Shown: positions 27,011-40,120 of the stretch, in pieces | Layout: the number at the start of each line of letters is the position of its first letter | Numbering within the stretch: position 1 is the first letter of the stretch | Assembly (NCBI GenBank): GCA_951406725.2 | Contig: OX597815.1 | Span: 78,740,001 to 78,804,000 of the forward strand | Origin: Octopus vulgaris | Taxonomy: Eukaryota | Direction: 5' to 3' | Length of the DNA: 64,000 nucleotides | Program-made: the position numbers and the translations under genes | Notes under the pieces: model-generated | Told to the model about the DNA's origin: nothing | Databases searched by the model: none | What the model saw: only the letters and a program-made list of their open reading frames with translations

Positions 27011-27660
27011 AGATAAAGAACCAACCACAAGTGTTGAGGTGGCGGGCTGGAGAAGATATGTCCAACCAATGCAAGCATAGAAAAGCAGGTGTAAAATGAT
27101 GATGAATTTAATCACCATCTTTTATTATGCAAATGTAAAAATATGAAGTGACAGATTTTACAGAATATACTATATAACTGTGCACACACACACACACACA
27201 AGACCATAGGGTAGGTAATTTATTGATCACCAAGCAAACAATAAGTCATCAAGGGAACCTCTTAGTAATTGTGCAATCTATTAGAAATCTTCCTCAAATG
27301 TCACTTTATTAACAGTCACAACTGGATAATGTAGTCCTAGATACATTATCTCAGAGTAAAAGACAAGATAGTTAAACATCTAGAACTCTTTTGACTATAG
27401 GTCTGCTGGATTAAAGACATCCTTGGACAAAACAATAACAACTTAATCACCTAAATGGAATATTTATTCTGTAGGCAGCAGGAAAATTCTAGCAATAGAG
27501 GGTTATCTTATAAATGCCAAAGAACACAGGAAGGACTTGAATTCAGAATGTAGAGAGATAAGAGAGGGTGAGAGAAAGCAAGTATGTGAAACAGACAGAT
27601 ACATGCACGTATATTAACAGAAGAAACAACTAAAATAGTTTAGCTAAAGCAATATCTTAC

Positions 27661-27801
27661 TTTGAATCTTCCTAAACGTTTTTTCCATGATGTGACACCA
27701 CTCTTGAAAATGAGGCCCAGTACCTCTCGGTTGACATTAACATCGAGACCTTCAGAAGTCACACTGAAGGAGAACGCAACTGCTGAGTGTGCTTCAGCCA
27801 T
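27661..27801 (-). CDS. CPT1: CPT1 coding exon 1 (start; MAEAHSAVAFSFSVTSEGLDVNVNREVLGLIFKSGVTSWKKRLGRFK)
   Basis: Manual translation matches the CPT1 N-terminus (MAEAHQAVAF in mammals). 141 nt coding, GTAAG donor at 27660, CAG acceptor ending at 27828, so the exon also carries 26 nt of 5'UTR. Confidence 0.95.
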
Positions 27802-29804
27802 CACAACAGTTTATCAAATGAGCAAACCTGAAAAGAAATACATAAATATAATGATAGAATAATGAAAGCAAAACAAATATTACCAATATCAACAGTTTCA
27901 TAAACACCATACATTCATGGCTATGTAAGAAAACTTCAGTAACATATATAATCGGAGTAGTCTTTCTTGGACTAACAGCTCTCACTTTCAACAGATATAC
28001 TTTTGCAATTCAGGAACAGGAAATATAAGCAAAATAACTGATGCACAAAAGGGTTAATGGTGAAAGTAAAACACCGAGATGTGAGATCTTATGCTATTAT
28101 TTGAGTACACCAACACAACACTATCTACCTATGAGGCATGACATAGCAGTCAAAATACCAGGCAAGTATAGTCCTAAAGATACAAATATATAATTAGTGA
28201 TGTGTGTGTAGGAGGGGTTCATAAAATGAAAGAGTATAGTTGGTATGTTCCTGCCAAAATTTCTGTAAAACATAAGCACAACAAACTATATATAATAAGC
28301 TGGGACAACCAAAAAAGTATAAAAACAGTAAAAGCCAGTTGTTCAGCAGCTGTTAACATAAGGAACTAATACAAAAATTGCAGACACTATATCCTGACTA
28401 TCATCATCACATTCAATGTGCACTTTTCCATGCTGGCCTGTGTCAGAAAGAATTTGTTGAGGTAGACTTTCTATAGCTGGATGTCCTTCTTGCTGCCAAC
28501 ACTAGCCAATTTTCAAACAAGATAACATTTCCCAATGACCAAACGTATTTTTCATAGAAGATTGGAAATGTACAGAATTGCATGTATGATGATGCTCTCA
28601 TTTACAACCATCACACAATATCAAGACAAGAGTACATGCAAACATTCTCTCTCTCGCTCACACACACACACACACTTCTTTCAATTTTCATCTACCAAAT
28701 CTATTCACAAGACTTGGGTCAGCCCTGGACTATAGAAGATACTTGCTAAGGAGTTACAGCTAGATGCTCTTCCTCTCACCAACCACTTTATATAGTGTAC
28801 TAGATGTATCTTATTGTGGACCAGGACTCAAGAGGTTGCCATGTCCTTGACAAGATTAAGAGTCCTCTTGATATCACTTTTTTCATTGGTCATTCACAAA
28901 TATGTATCACTGATGATTGCCAATAAATTTATAAGATTAATGTTTTGGACTGATAAAGCCCAAACTCAATTGTTTGAATATCTGTGTAGCCTTGATCAAA
29001 GTTTCCAAATATAAAATTGCAGATTTGGTTGAAATTGTCAATAATAAGGAAAGAGTATTTGTTTTGATAGAATACATGTTGATGTTCTCCAGGGTAACAA
29101 AGAAGTGTGAATATATCGGGAAGTAATCTACAGCACTGGATCTCTGTAAGAGAATCTGCAGAGATATTCTCTCTTCCAGGACAAGATTGAATAGCATTGT
29201 AAAACAATATAGTCTTCTTCAATATGAACAGTCATATCATTCTTTATCATGGATTTAGTTGAAGGCAGAAACATAAATGATATTGATTGGTGAGTAGTCA
29301 GTAGGATAAATTGTTTCTATAAATATAGGCTTTTGATAATAACTGCTACTTTTTTTTTCAATAACAGGACATCGTCTTCCATTTATATTATGTTAATGTG
29401 AAAAGAAAGCTAAGGCTGACTCTGGGAAGGAGTAACCACCAAAGCCACATTAAATGTATCTGCCTCAACTGATAATGCACAGTTAAGATTGTGGATTTGA
29501 AATTTCAGTTACCTTGTTGATCATGAGAAATGTTGTAAATGTGTAAAGCAATTGTCAAAGCTTGCTCAACATCAAAGTTTGAAGAAATCTGTCCATTTTG
29601 AACTGATTTAACAATAATAACTTAGCTCAGTTGTTTTAGAGAAAACAGAAAGAGCAAGTCTTACATATACATGGTCATTGTCTACACATATTGTCATGAG
29701 GAGAAGAGTATTCTAACAGCTTGAACAAGGCCCTTTGTTGGAGAAAGATATTTGAGGGTAACATAGTTGAAAGTATATATGGACACATCTACTACACAAT
29801 TATA

Positions 29805-31545
29805 CCATGTTTCCCTGAAAATAAGATCCAGTCTTATATTAATTTTGCATCCAAAAAATGCACTGGGGCTTATTTTTTTTTTGGGGGGGGGGGATGTCTT
29901 ATATTTTTGCATAAAAAAAAATCCAAGAAAGACAAAAAAGTCTCATGTCCTCGTGTAAAAGGAAAAAAATTGTAAAAAGGAAACTCATGTCTTTAGTTAT
30001 CAAAAGTTTATTTGCTTATTGTTTTTAGTCATGTACAAACATTTCGTCCTCTTCTGGAACATCATTATAAATCATTAAACCCTGAACTTCAGACTGAAAT
30101 TCTTGTAAATCCATTTCCTGTAGAATCATGGACCCAATCTCTCATGTTTGGCTATATATCTTTCCTTAAACAAACACTTTTTTTGTCCAAGTACTCTGCA
30201 CGTAGTGCATAGGCAACGCAACTGTCAGTAATTTTATTCCATGAATTCTTCACCCAATTCACAACTTCTTGGAGGTTGGGTTTGACAAAGTTTCCATGCT
30301 GATTTCTTTCCATTCTATGTTTGATATATTCATTCACTTCCATCCGCAAATAATCCTTGTTTATTACAAGGTCTAATGTTTGTAAATATGAAGTCATTCC
30401 TGAGGGAATCATTATGTAGTCAATTCTTCTTTCAGAAAGAAAGGTTTTCATATCTTTTATGCGATGAATACTGGCCGAATCCCAGGCTAAAAGACCTCTT
30501 TGAGAACCATGTAAAACAAGTGGCATAGATAAATCAACCCATATTCTTATAACAGCTTGTGTATACCAAGCCTTTTCCATTTCAAGAACATAAATGCTTG
30601 AAACTCGTTCTATTTTCTCTTTTTTGCCCTTTGTGATGATAAGCAGTGGGATTTTTGTTCCACAAGACAAATTGCTAAAATACAAGTAACTCTTACACTT
30701 TCATAACCTATTGAGGCAATGTAGACTGATGAGGTACTTGTCTGTTCACTTGTCATTTTAGATCCTTGGCCCATAAATACTGCAGTCTTATCTGTAGCAG
30801 TTATATCGGAGAGATTGTATTTAGAAAAGTCGATGCCATCAACGAAGGACATGGATGCAAGTGCACATTGAATCACTTCAGCATCCTCCAGCTTGAACAG
30901 TGTTGTCAATCTTCTTACAGAGAGATCATATTGCCAAAAGAAGTTATCCAACCAATGAGGTGATGCTTTGAATATCTCTGGGGGTATATCCAACTGTGGT
31001 ACCACCGCAAGAGCAAATTCTTGAATATCAGCCCTGCATACAACTAAAGCCTTTGTTTTTCTGTCAGCAATCCACCTCGAGGTGATATCTTCCAGCTCTG
31101 AAAATAAAGGTAGTTGACCTGATCCACACTTGTACTTCTTAGCACTTCCCTCATCTACCTGTGAGCTAAGATTATTGTACTCTGCTCGCCATTTTCAAAC
31201 CATTCAGAGATTCATCTTTTTACAGAAAGCCATAAGATTCTTGTTACGTGACTCTTCCACAATTTCTTTCTTGTACTCCATGGAGTAACGCTCTCTTTTT
31301 GCACTCAACTTGCCTGAGGAACAAGGGAGTCAAGCCAAATGTGTCAACTCTGTGCATGCACACTTAGCGCAAATTTTAGCCAAGCCGTGGCAGTTGGTTT
31401 ATTTTGCAAACATCACATGGTCTTGCTAACAAGCTGATGCATTTTTGACTAGGTCTTATTTTCGTGGTAGGCTTATATTAAAAACATCCTGAAACATCAT
31501 GGTAAGACTTATTTTTGGAGCAGGTTTTATTTTGGGGAAACACAG
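29805..31545 (-). mobile_element. pogo/Tigger-family DNA transposon with frameshifted DDE transposase
   Basis: TA-flanked TIRs CCATGTTTCCCTGAAAATAAGA / TTTTATTTTGGGGAAACACAG. ORFs 30610..31005 (FKASPHWLDNF, TDKTAVF) and 30152..30685 (LAWDSASIH, IPSGMTSYLQTLDLVINK) are typical of CENP-B/pogo DDE_1. Confidence 0.9.
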
Positions 31546-34500
31546 TAGTACAGAAATACTTAATAGTTTGCTTCCCAGAAGTTCAGTCCCGCTATTATGG
31601 TCATCTTGGCCAAGTGGCTTCTATGCCAAACCAATATAATCCTTGTAAATGGATCTGGTAAAGAGAAACTGAAGAAGGCCTTGTGTGTGTATGCTGATTA
31701 CATCATGTGATAATTGTAAATGATTGTCACTGTCATACAAACTGAATCAATCATTTTCAATATTCTGTGAGGAATGTCTGGTCATGGAGAAATATTACTT
31801 GGAAACAGGTGAGAATTGGCAGCAGGAAGGGCACCAAGCCATAAAAAGTCTGCCTGAACCATGCAAGCATGGAAAAGCGGATTATAAATTAATGATAATG
31901 ATGATGAATGATGCAGACTGAGTAGGGAAACAAATGTGAATTGATAGTAGAGGATCACCTATGGCAAATATAGGCCAAGGAGGACTTTGAGATGTGGTTA
32001 GATCTGACAATGCCTTAGATGATAACACAAGATGGAGATTCTTGGAAAGCTAGAGTATAATATACCAATCCAATCCAATCCATACCAGCATGGAAAAAGA
32101 ACAAATATTAAAATGTAGATTATGTGAAAATGAACAAATAAAAGAGAACAAAAATGTTTACACTTCATCAAGGACACTGATAAAGATAAAGATAGGCTTA
32201 AAAGCAGGATATAGTACAATTCTACACAGAAGGATAGTGATTCAGTGAAAAGTGCATCAACTGATAGTAACTGGGGCAAGCAACAAAATCTCCTGCTAGC
32301 AACACATAACATATTAACCTACACTGTATTTATTTCTATAAATCTGTAATACATCATGTAGGGACCAAGATTTTATTGAGAATGTTACATGTATGTACTT
32401 GCAACAACACATTCATACCCATTTTAAAGGAAAATCTTTCAGATATGTAAGAAAAAAACATGCATGCATGTACACAGAATTTATTGATAGTATGTTTAAA
32501 GAGACGGTATTTAAAGAGCTGGCAGAAACGTTAGCACGCCGGGAGTACCAGTTACGCACTGGGGTCGATGTAATCGACTTAATACCTATGTCTGTCCTTG
32601 TTTGTCCCCTCTATGTTTAGCCCCTTATGGGTAATAAAGAAATAGGTATTGTTTAAAAGGAAAAAGCAAAAAATGATAGCAGGAAAGAAGAGAAAAGTAT
32701 GAAAAGAAAAGGACGCGCGCGCGAGAGAGTGAGACGAGGGAGAGGAAAAGAGAAAGAGGAAACGAAAAAGGGGAAAAGAGAGAGAAAGAGGCGGGGCGAT
32801 GAGAAGAAAGAAATTTCAAATAAGATTTAGCATTAAGTTTGTTGGTCCAGTGAGTAAGAACCAATACTTTAGTGGTAAGTTTGAGTTCAAATACTGCCGA
32901 GGTCGACTTTGCCTTTCATCCTTTCGGGGTCGATAAAATAAGTACCAGTGGAGTACAGGAGAAGATGAAATCGACTTTTTCGCTTCCTCGATAAAGTATC
33001 AAGGTAGAAAGCTGGCACTCGGGGCAAAATGCTAAGCGGTACCATTCTGAGTCAAAATTCCGCCAATGTTGACTTTGCTTTTCATCCTTTCGGAGTCGAT
33101 AAAATAAGTACCGGTTGAACACTGGGTCAATGTAATCGACTTACTCCCTCTCCCAACGGAATCGTTGCCTTGTGCCAAAATTTGAAATCAGTATTGGATA
33201 AAGTAGGTGATCCTTAAATATTAATATCTTGTTGATCACTTACTCTAGAACGCAGTACAAGGGTGAAAAAGCCGTCAAAATATATTAGGCCACTGGGCCA
33301 TTACCTGACAACACGGCTTGACAGACGCAATGAGTGTTGAGCGTCTAACGTCATATTAGACTATCAATGTCCTCATGTTTAAATTGCATATATATATATA
33401 TATATATATATATGGCAAAAGCACACCCGGTGGTTAGGGTTAGGGTAGGGTTTTTGTTACGCCGAAAACGGGTGGTGTGCGTATTCTTTACCTCCGCCTA
33501 TGTTTTATGCGTTACTACTATTAGTTTCATACGATGAAAAGCATACCGGACAATATTTTTTAAAACGTCTGGTTTCTCAGCGCAAACTCCAACTATTAAC
33601 TGCTTTGAGTTAAGGAGGGAAATTGTGTGATCGCTCAACCTGCTAGAAGTAACAGCCAAATCACGCTCAAAGCAAAAGAAAAATGTCTTTAAAATTGTAC
33701 ATTATATGATGTCTTACGAATCAATAATAATAATAATAATAATAATAACAATAATAATAAAGCTTTGCTAATTGAGAGTTGACCGTGAGTTAATAGTAAA
33801 ACAAAAACGATTTATTCGGTTCGTCCTCCTGGATGGAACATTTTCAAATACGATCATACAGGTATCCAGTCTATGTGCTATGTGCATGTAAACGATTGAC
33901 CTGAAACTAGTTAGAAGTCAGGTACGCCCAGATATTTAACATTCACCTAAATAAGAAACGGCAAAACAAAACAAACAAACCCACTAAACTAGCTATTATG
34001 CAAAAAGCCGGTAACGACCAGCAGTCATAGCAATAATTAAGGACGTGTGAAATAACCAGAGTGGACAAAGCCTCATCATGTTGTAAGGGTGGAAATATTT
34101 TGTATGTTGATAATATAATAGCTACTATATCACCCGGGAACGACTTCAGTGAGTACCAGGAGAAAATAAAAGGAAACTGTTCTAGTGCATAGAACAATCC
34201 TAATTTTCCGAGAAAGACGAAGGCGATTGCGGTAACTGTTTGACGAGTTAAAGATAACCAGATCTTCAAATCGAGGCGTACCGATATATACATATATATG
34301 TGTGTGTGTGTGTGTGCATTTCTTTAATGTGATTTTGAGAAATGTAACGAGGGTAAATATAACCAGAAAAATAGGGCGAAGTTTCGCCAAAATAGATATA
34401 CACACACACATACACATCGGACAAAAAGAAAAATGTGCGGTCGCTCGACCTGTTGGAAATAGCAGGCAAATTTTCATATATACGCAATCGTTTTTTTTAA

Positions 34501-35808
34501 GAGAAGGACATGGCATATAATGTCCTGGCGACATTATATGAATTAAACACAAAAAAAACATCAAAAAATGCAATGGCTAAGTTTGGAATACCTTTGATCA
34601 CAGGGCTACTGGATCAAATAACCCATTAACTAAAACAACTGCAAGCCTGTCACTGAGTAAGGACCCGGCTCACAAAGATCTGACAACTTGGAAGCCAAAC
34701 TGGTCAAAGTGGACATAAGACGACTACGAAAGATAACAACACATTCCCGGACACTAGACGTGCGAATGGAATTATGATTTTGAGCTCCGGCGAAAAACAG
34801 CCTTTTGTGTGATTCAAAGAGTCTTGAAAAAAAAAATTACATAAAACGAATAACCGAACTCCGTTGTGCAAAAGTTGACTAGCTCAGTAAAGTAATTTGA
34901 AGTAGTTTGTTATTAATTACGTAAGTGAAACAGTATAACTTGCAGCTGTCTAGGACAAAACACACAAACATTTGCATTCTTATCAAGACAAATCTATTTT
35001 TCTATCTGTTTACACTCATTACCCTGGGTTGTCTTAACAGCATTACAGACCCCCGGGCAAATCAATGCACTGGATCCTTACAGTATTTATTTACTGACAG
35101 CAAGTTACAGCATAGTCAGAATTGGGTCTACAGAGGTGTGAAGCCCCCAGCAACTGCGCCTTAAGACGGTACTGCTCACACCCACACAACATATTCGTAT
35201 ATTTTCGCAGTTTCGCTATATCATTGTCTTCAGAAAGAGTTGTCAACGTGTAGTAAACACACCATATTTCAAATAAACAATTACGATACTTATAACAATT
35301 CACATATATTTTAATATGTATCTTAGTTATTTTGGGAGTATTATGTGTGTCTTGCATAAGAAATTTTTAGGAGCAAAAATCAATGACACCAATACAATAA
35401 AAGAAAGTTAAAATTGATCAAGATAACTAAAATACGCTAACTAGAAGAGAGCATTACAAGGTTTCAAGTTGACAAAATAGCCGTAGAAGTTTCATACAGC
35501 TGAATGAGAGAGAAAGAGAAAATTAGAGGTAGAGGCGAAGATAAATATATAATGGTGGTGGTGAGGGCGCTAATAAGAAATGGGAGAGAAATAAAGTACA
35601 TCTTTATTGTACTAGCTTTTCCTTAAACACACGTGTGTGTTCCTGCTTGCATCGAGCGATAATATGAGAAAAACAAAAATAGAACGAATGTGAGAGAAAG
35701 AGAGGGAAGTTAGCTCATAATCTTCATACAAGACTAGAAGTCACGTGTGCAAAGCTTTCTGCTGTTGAGGAGAAAACCGCTGGGATAGAACAGCTTTGTC
35801 CCACATTT

Positions 35809-35821
35809 TGACCTTTGTACT
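35809..35821 (-). promoter_or_regulatory. DR1 nuclear-receptor element AGTACA-A-AGGTCA (HNF4/RXR/PPAR-type)
   Basis: Sequence match to DR1 in non-repetitive DNA, about 115 nt into the intron after a candidate first-exon donor (35940). Confidence 0.35.
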
Positions 35822-37068
35822 CAACATACTAAAAAAAAAAAAATACTGTAAAGCAACAAAACAACTCAAGGTTGGGACGAATTCCTGCACTTCAATAACG
35901 TAACAGACAGACGGGCAGGGAGTAAGATCTCACAACTCACCTTTTTGTTCTTTTATCTAATTTCTAGCTGCGCTCTCTCTCGCCCTCTCTTTCACAAACA
36001 TACATACACAATTTAGTGCGAGATTCGCAAGAACGTGGCTTTGGGTTCAAACCCACTGCGTGGCACCTTGAATGAGTGTTTATAGCCCAGAACGGATCAA
36101 AGCCTTGTGAGTGGATTTCCTAGATAGATAGATAGATAGAGAGAGAAAGCAAAATGTCTGTCGCGCGTGCGCGTGCATATGCGCGTGCGCGTGCTTGTAT
36201 AAATATATCTGTAAATCGTTTTTCAACCATTGGATTGCGGTCACACTGGAGCACCTCCTTGAAGGGTTTTAGTCTAACAAACGGATCCCACAACTTAATT
36301 GGTCTGGTAGTTATTCTATCGTTCTTTTGTCGAACCACTAAGTTACAGGGACGTAAACAAACCAGCACCGACTGTCACGCGGTGGTGGGAACAAATACAA
36401 AGACAAATGTAAGTGTGCGTTTGTTTCCCTCTCCGCTTGACAACCGACGTTGCTTTGTTTGCGAACCTAGTGGCTCGGCATAAAAGGGAACAGAAATACT
36501 CGGGTTCATTAAAGTGTGCAACAACCTTCTTTTGCTCGTCTAAAAATGCTTGAATACATCCTACATGCCCAAACTTTAGAGGTTGTAATTAAATGTAAAA
36601 TTAATATATTGCATACCCGTCCCTTTCATAGCTGTTAACATACTTCTGAAGGTTGATATAGACCTCTTTGGGAATCCGTTGGACTTCGAGACAGTGTTCC
36701 AGCACGGTCACTGGCTGAGATAAGTAGTTTACTTCCCAACCACATGGCTTTGGGTCAAATCCCACTGGGTGGCCCCTGTGGCAAGTGTCTTCAACTATAG
36801 CCTCGGGCTAATCAAAGCTTTGTGAGTGGATTTGGTAGACGGAAACCGAAAGAAGTCTTTCGCGTGTTTGTGTGTGTGTATGTATGTATGTTCCCTCTAC
36901 CTCTTGACAACGGGTGTTGGTGTGTTTAAGTCTCCGTAACTTCACAGTGCGGCAAAAATAACCGATAGAATATGTACCAGGCTGAACAAAAATGTACTAG
37001 GGTAGGTTAATTCGAGTAAAATTCAAAACTGTGCCCAACCTTGGCCAGTCTAATGACTGAAACAAGAT

Positions 37069-37103
<35 letters not shown>

Positions 37104-37185
37104 GCGCGTGAGTCGTCTAAGTATGGGTATATTATCTGATAAGTACGGTATTATATATCCATCATATTCCCTTCCATATCGGCTT

Positions 37186-37266
37186 ACTCTGAAGAGCGTA
37201 AGGTTATATAATCAGATTATTAACTAACACTCCACTGTATCCCTTGCGCGAAACCGATTGGTAGGA
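37186..37266 (+). ncRNA. Hammerhead ribozyme motif, weak stem I
   Basis: CTGAAGA 37189-37195, stem II GCGTAAGG/CCTTGCGC, GAAA-CC-GATT-GG-TA; only 2 pairs in stem I. Confidence 0.6.
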
Positions 37267-37439
37267 TCAACCGCGATGGATATATAATACTGTACATTTC
37301 GGATCTTTTCACTTTAAGTAAAAAGATCCACAATATATCTTTGTTAAATCACAAAGAACTCTGTGGTATGAAATACGAATTTTTTGTCTTTTTGTTTAGA
37401 GAAGTTCGATTGTAATCCCAAATGATTTCAGTTAGAAAT

Positions 37440-38370
37440 CGACATGAAATAGAAATCAACACAGTATCAACAGGATGCAGAAGAATTATGAGGAGGTGTA
37501 TGATCAAGAAAGAGACGGTTCCAGATAAACTACTTGGACAATCGTAGGATGTCATAATAACATAAAAAGAAGTTCAGGCACACTAAAAACACAAACAAGT
37601 GGCTGGTTCTAGAACTTAAGTTCCAAAACTTTTGGACAAAATATTTAACAATCAAGAACATTTAATAAGATACCGACAGACCCAAAGACACGTGACTGGC
37701 TCACTGAGAGAGAAAAGTATTCTAATCCGTAAGACTACCGAAACAGCAAACCCCAAGAACTACAGATCCATAATCAACCTTCCAAAATCGTGGAAAAGTT
37801 TAAAAGGAAAGCTAAAAATGAAATTATAGATTGCTATATTAAAGTGTTAGTTACAAAATTCCCGATCTGACCAGTGCCCGGATAAAAAAAAAAACTAAAA
37901 AAAAACAAAAAAACAGGTGAGAAACGAAGGACTTAAAGCTTGAAATATAGAGCAGGAGCAAAGCCTTCTAACCAGAAACCATTAAAAGCATGTAATGCAA
38001 CCAAATATATTAAGTAATTGTGCAGAATGTGGAGAATATATGGGAATTTAACAATTAGGTGCATTGTTTCCGAGTGCCCACTCTTAATCAAGACATGACA
38101 GAGTTGGAAGGTTTCCTATATATTAATCTATTTCGTCAAAAGAGAACAAAGCTAATCTGCTGAACATTGTAAAGGACCACTCGGGAAGGAAATACCACTA
38201 AACTGAAATATCAATCCTAACAGGCAATAATGTAATCTCTCAAAGAAATAGAAAAATTAATCAAACATAAAGATTTGGAAATAGAGATAACCTGAACGTC
38301 TGGACCAAAAGCAGAAAAAATTCCTATAACAGATACCATGGGAATTATTAAAATCATTCAGGTTAATATA
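37440..38370 (+). mobile_element. Highly decayed RLE-type (R4/Dong-like) non-LTR retrotransposon fragments
   Basis: NPKNYRSI and KHKDLEIEIT...IPI remnants; fragmented; boundaries approximate. Confidence 0.45.
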
Positions 38371-39917
38371 TAAAAAGTAGTATTAAAAAGCAAAGTCAAC
38401 CGGCGACTACCAATTCTGTAATTTACGATTTTTAAAAATATGATTATAATATTTAAAATTATAAATAAAAATTTCTAACGTAGGTGGACATAAGGCCGCA
38501 CATTTGACAGATACTTCTACTCTGACACATATTTAATTGACTCCAGCAATTCTGAACTCAGAATGGAATACGACTATATACCACAATTTTGGTCGACGTT
38601 CTGAATGGCATAAAGAACTATTTGCAAATGGAACCATACTTTCTTTTATCAGTATTATTATAGATAAATTGAAGAAATCACTAAAAGGAAGTTTCTGTAT
38701 GCATGTGTATATCTGTTGGTCATATAGAAATCTAAATTTCCTCTGAAAATGATTGCTACAGTTCGTTTAGCTACCGGTCAGCCCTAATCCAGCAGACCTG
38801 GTCAAAAACATTTCAGCTGTAACCATCCCAACTTTTTCTTATAAGCAGGGAACTCAGGCCTATATTATCCAATGTAAGGGTATGATTTGGTTGCTATTTC
38901 TCGTTCATAGAGGCTCTCCCGTTGGCTCAAATTTTGATGTGAAGTTATATCAAGCCTAAATTTAGAGAAAAGAAACAGTATAAACTATTGGCAATGTACA
39001 CTGTTACAAAAGCCATTCTTATGGTAACTGTGAATCGAAAACGTAGTCGTTGCCACGGATTTCCCGTAAATTTCTACCTTACCACAATGCCAACTGTAAT
39101 AGGAATATTCATTTATTTGAAGGGTATTTTTTCACTTAATTGCACCTCGAGTTTCCTCGTTAATGGATAGCATTTATAATCGTTTAAAATCCTCCTTCCG
39201 TGCAGGAATTATATTATACTGGACGGAGACAGTGAACTGATATTCATGTCTTACCCATAGATATTGGGATATACGCCAAATAATTCCCAACAGGGAATCG
39301 AAAGTAGATCGCCGGTTCTATTTACCAACAAACTTAACGCCGTTTGACAGACAAAACAGCAGTAAAAAATATACAAGTGGCAGGAAATCACAGAAGTAAA
39401 TAATAGTTTATATCAATTCTTTAAATTGCTTCAGCTTTAAAGCTGTGGTCATGCTGGGGCACGACCGTCGATTTTTTTTTTCTTTCTTTGATAGAAGATA
39501 AATCAAAATAAGTTTCATAATCTCACTAGTTATTCATGAATGTCAACAATACTGCCCACAATTTCATCACTACTACCACATCAATAGTCTGGCAATGTTC
39601 CTACCTCCACGTGGTGCCAAATGGATCACCATAATTGCAACAAGCCAAAATGGTGCTCGATCCGTTCAAAACAGCAGCCAAATTACCCTCAATCTACACC
39701 TTAGGTCTTCAAAAAGGACACATCAAATGTGATTCTGGGTACAGAAGGCCCAGCAAAAAGTCGAAACTGTTATGGTTGGAATATTTCGTCCACAGGTCTG
39801 ATCTATGATGGTTGAATTGATGCTAAATAAACAAGCCATTTCGAACAAATGAAATAATTCAAACCGCCTATCCAAAATGCATTGGGAATAAATAATTGTT
39901 TTCATTTTTATCGCATA

Positions 39918-40120
39918 GGCGGCGAGCTGGCAGAAACGTTAGTACGCCGGGCGAAATGCTTATTTCGTCTGTCATTATGTTCTGAATTCAAATTCCGCCG
40001 AGGTCGACTTTACTTTTCATCCTTTCGGGATCGATAAATTAAGTACCAGTTGCGTGCTAGGTCGAACTAATCGACTGGCCCCATCCCCCAAAATTTCGAA
40101 CCTTGTGCCTAGATTAGAAA
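39918..40120 (+). mobile_element. tRNA-derived SINE family A, well-preserved copy (others about 11813, 15230, 32515-33190, 48060)
   Basis: GGCGGCGAGCTGGCAGAAACGTTAG head and a conserved TTTCATCCTTTCGGGxTCGATAAAxTAAGTACCAG central domain, repeated across the window. Confidence 0.8.

Noticed and set aside
33433-33450. TTAGGG telomere-like repeats
   Set aside because: Only about 2-3 units, inside a small repeat-like element; not a telomeric array.
35201-35236. Minus-strand CTGAAGA...GAAAC motif
   Set aside because: Stem II does not pair and there is no UH cleavage site.
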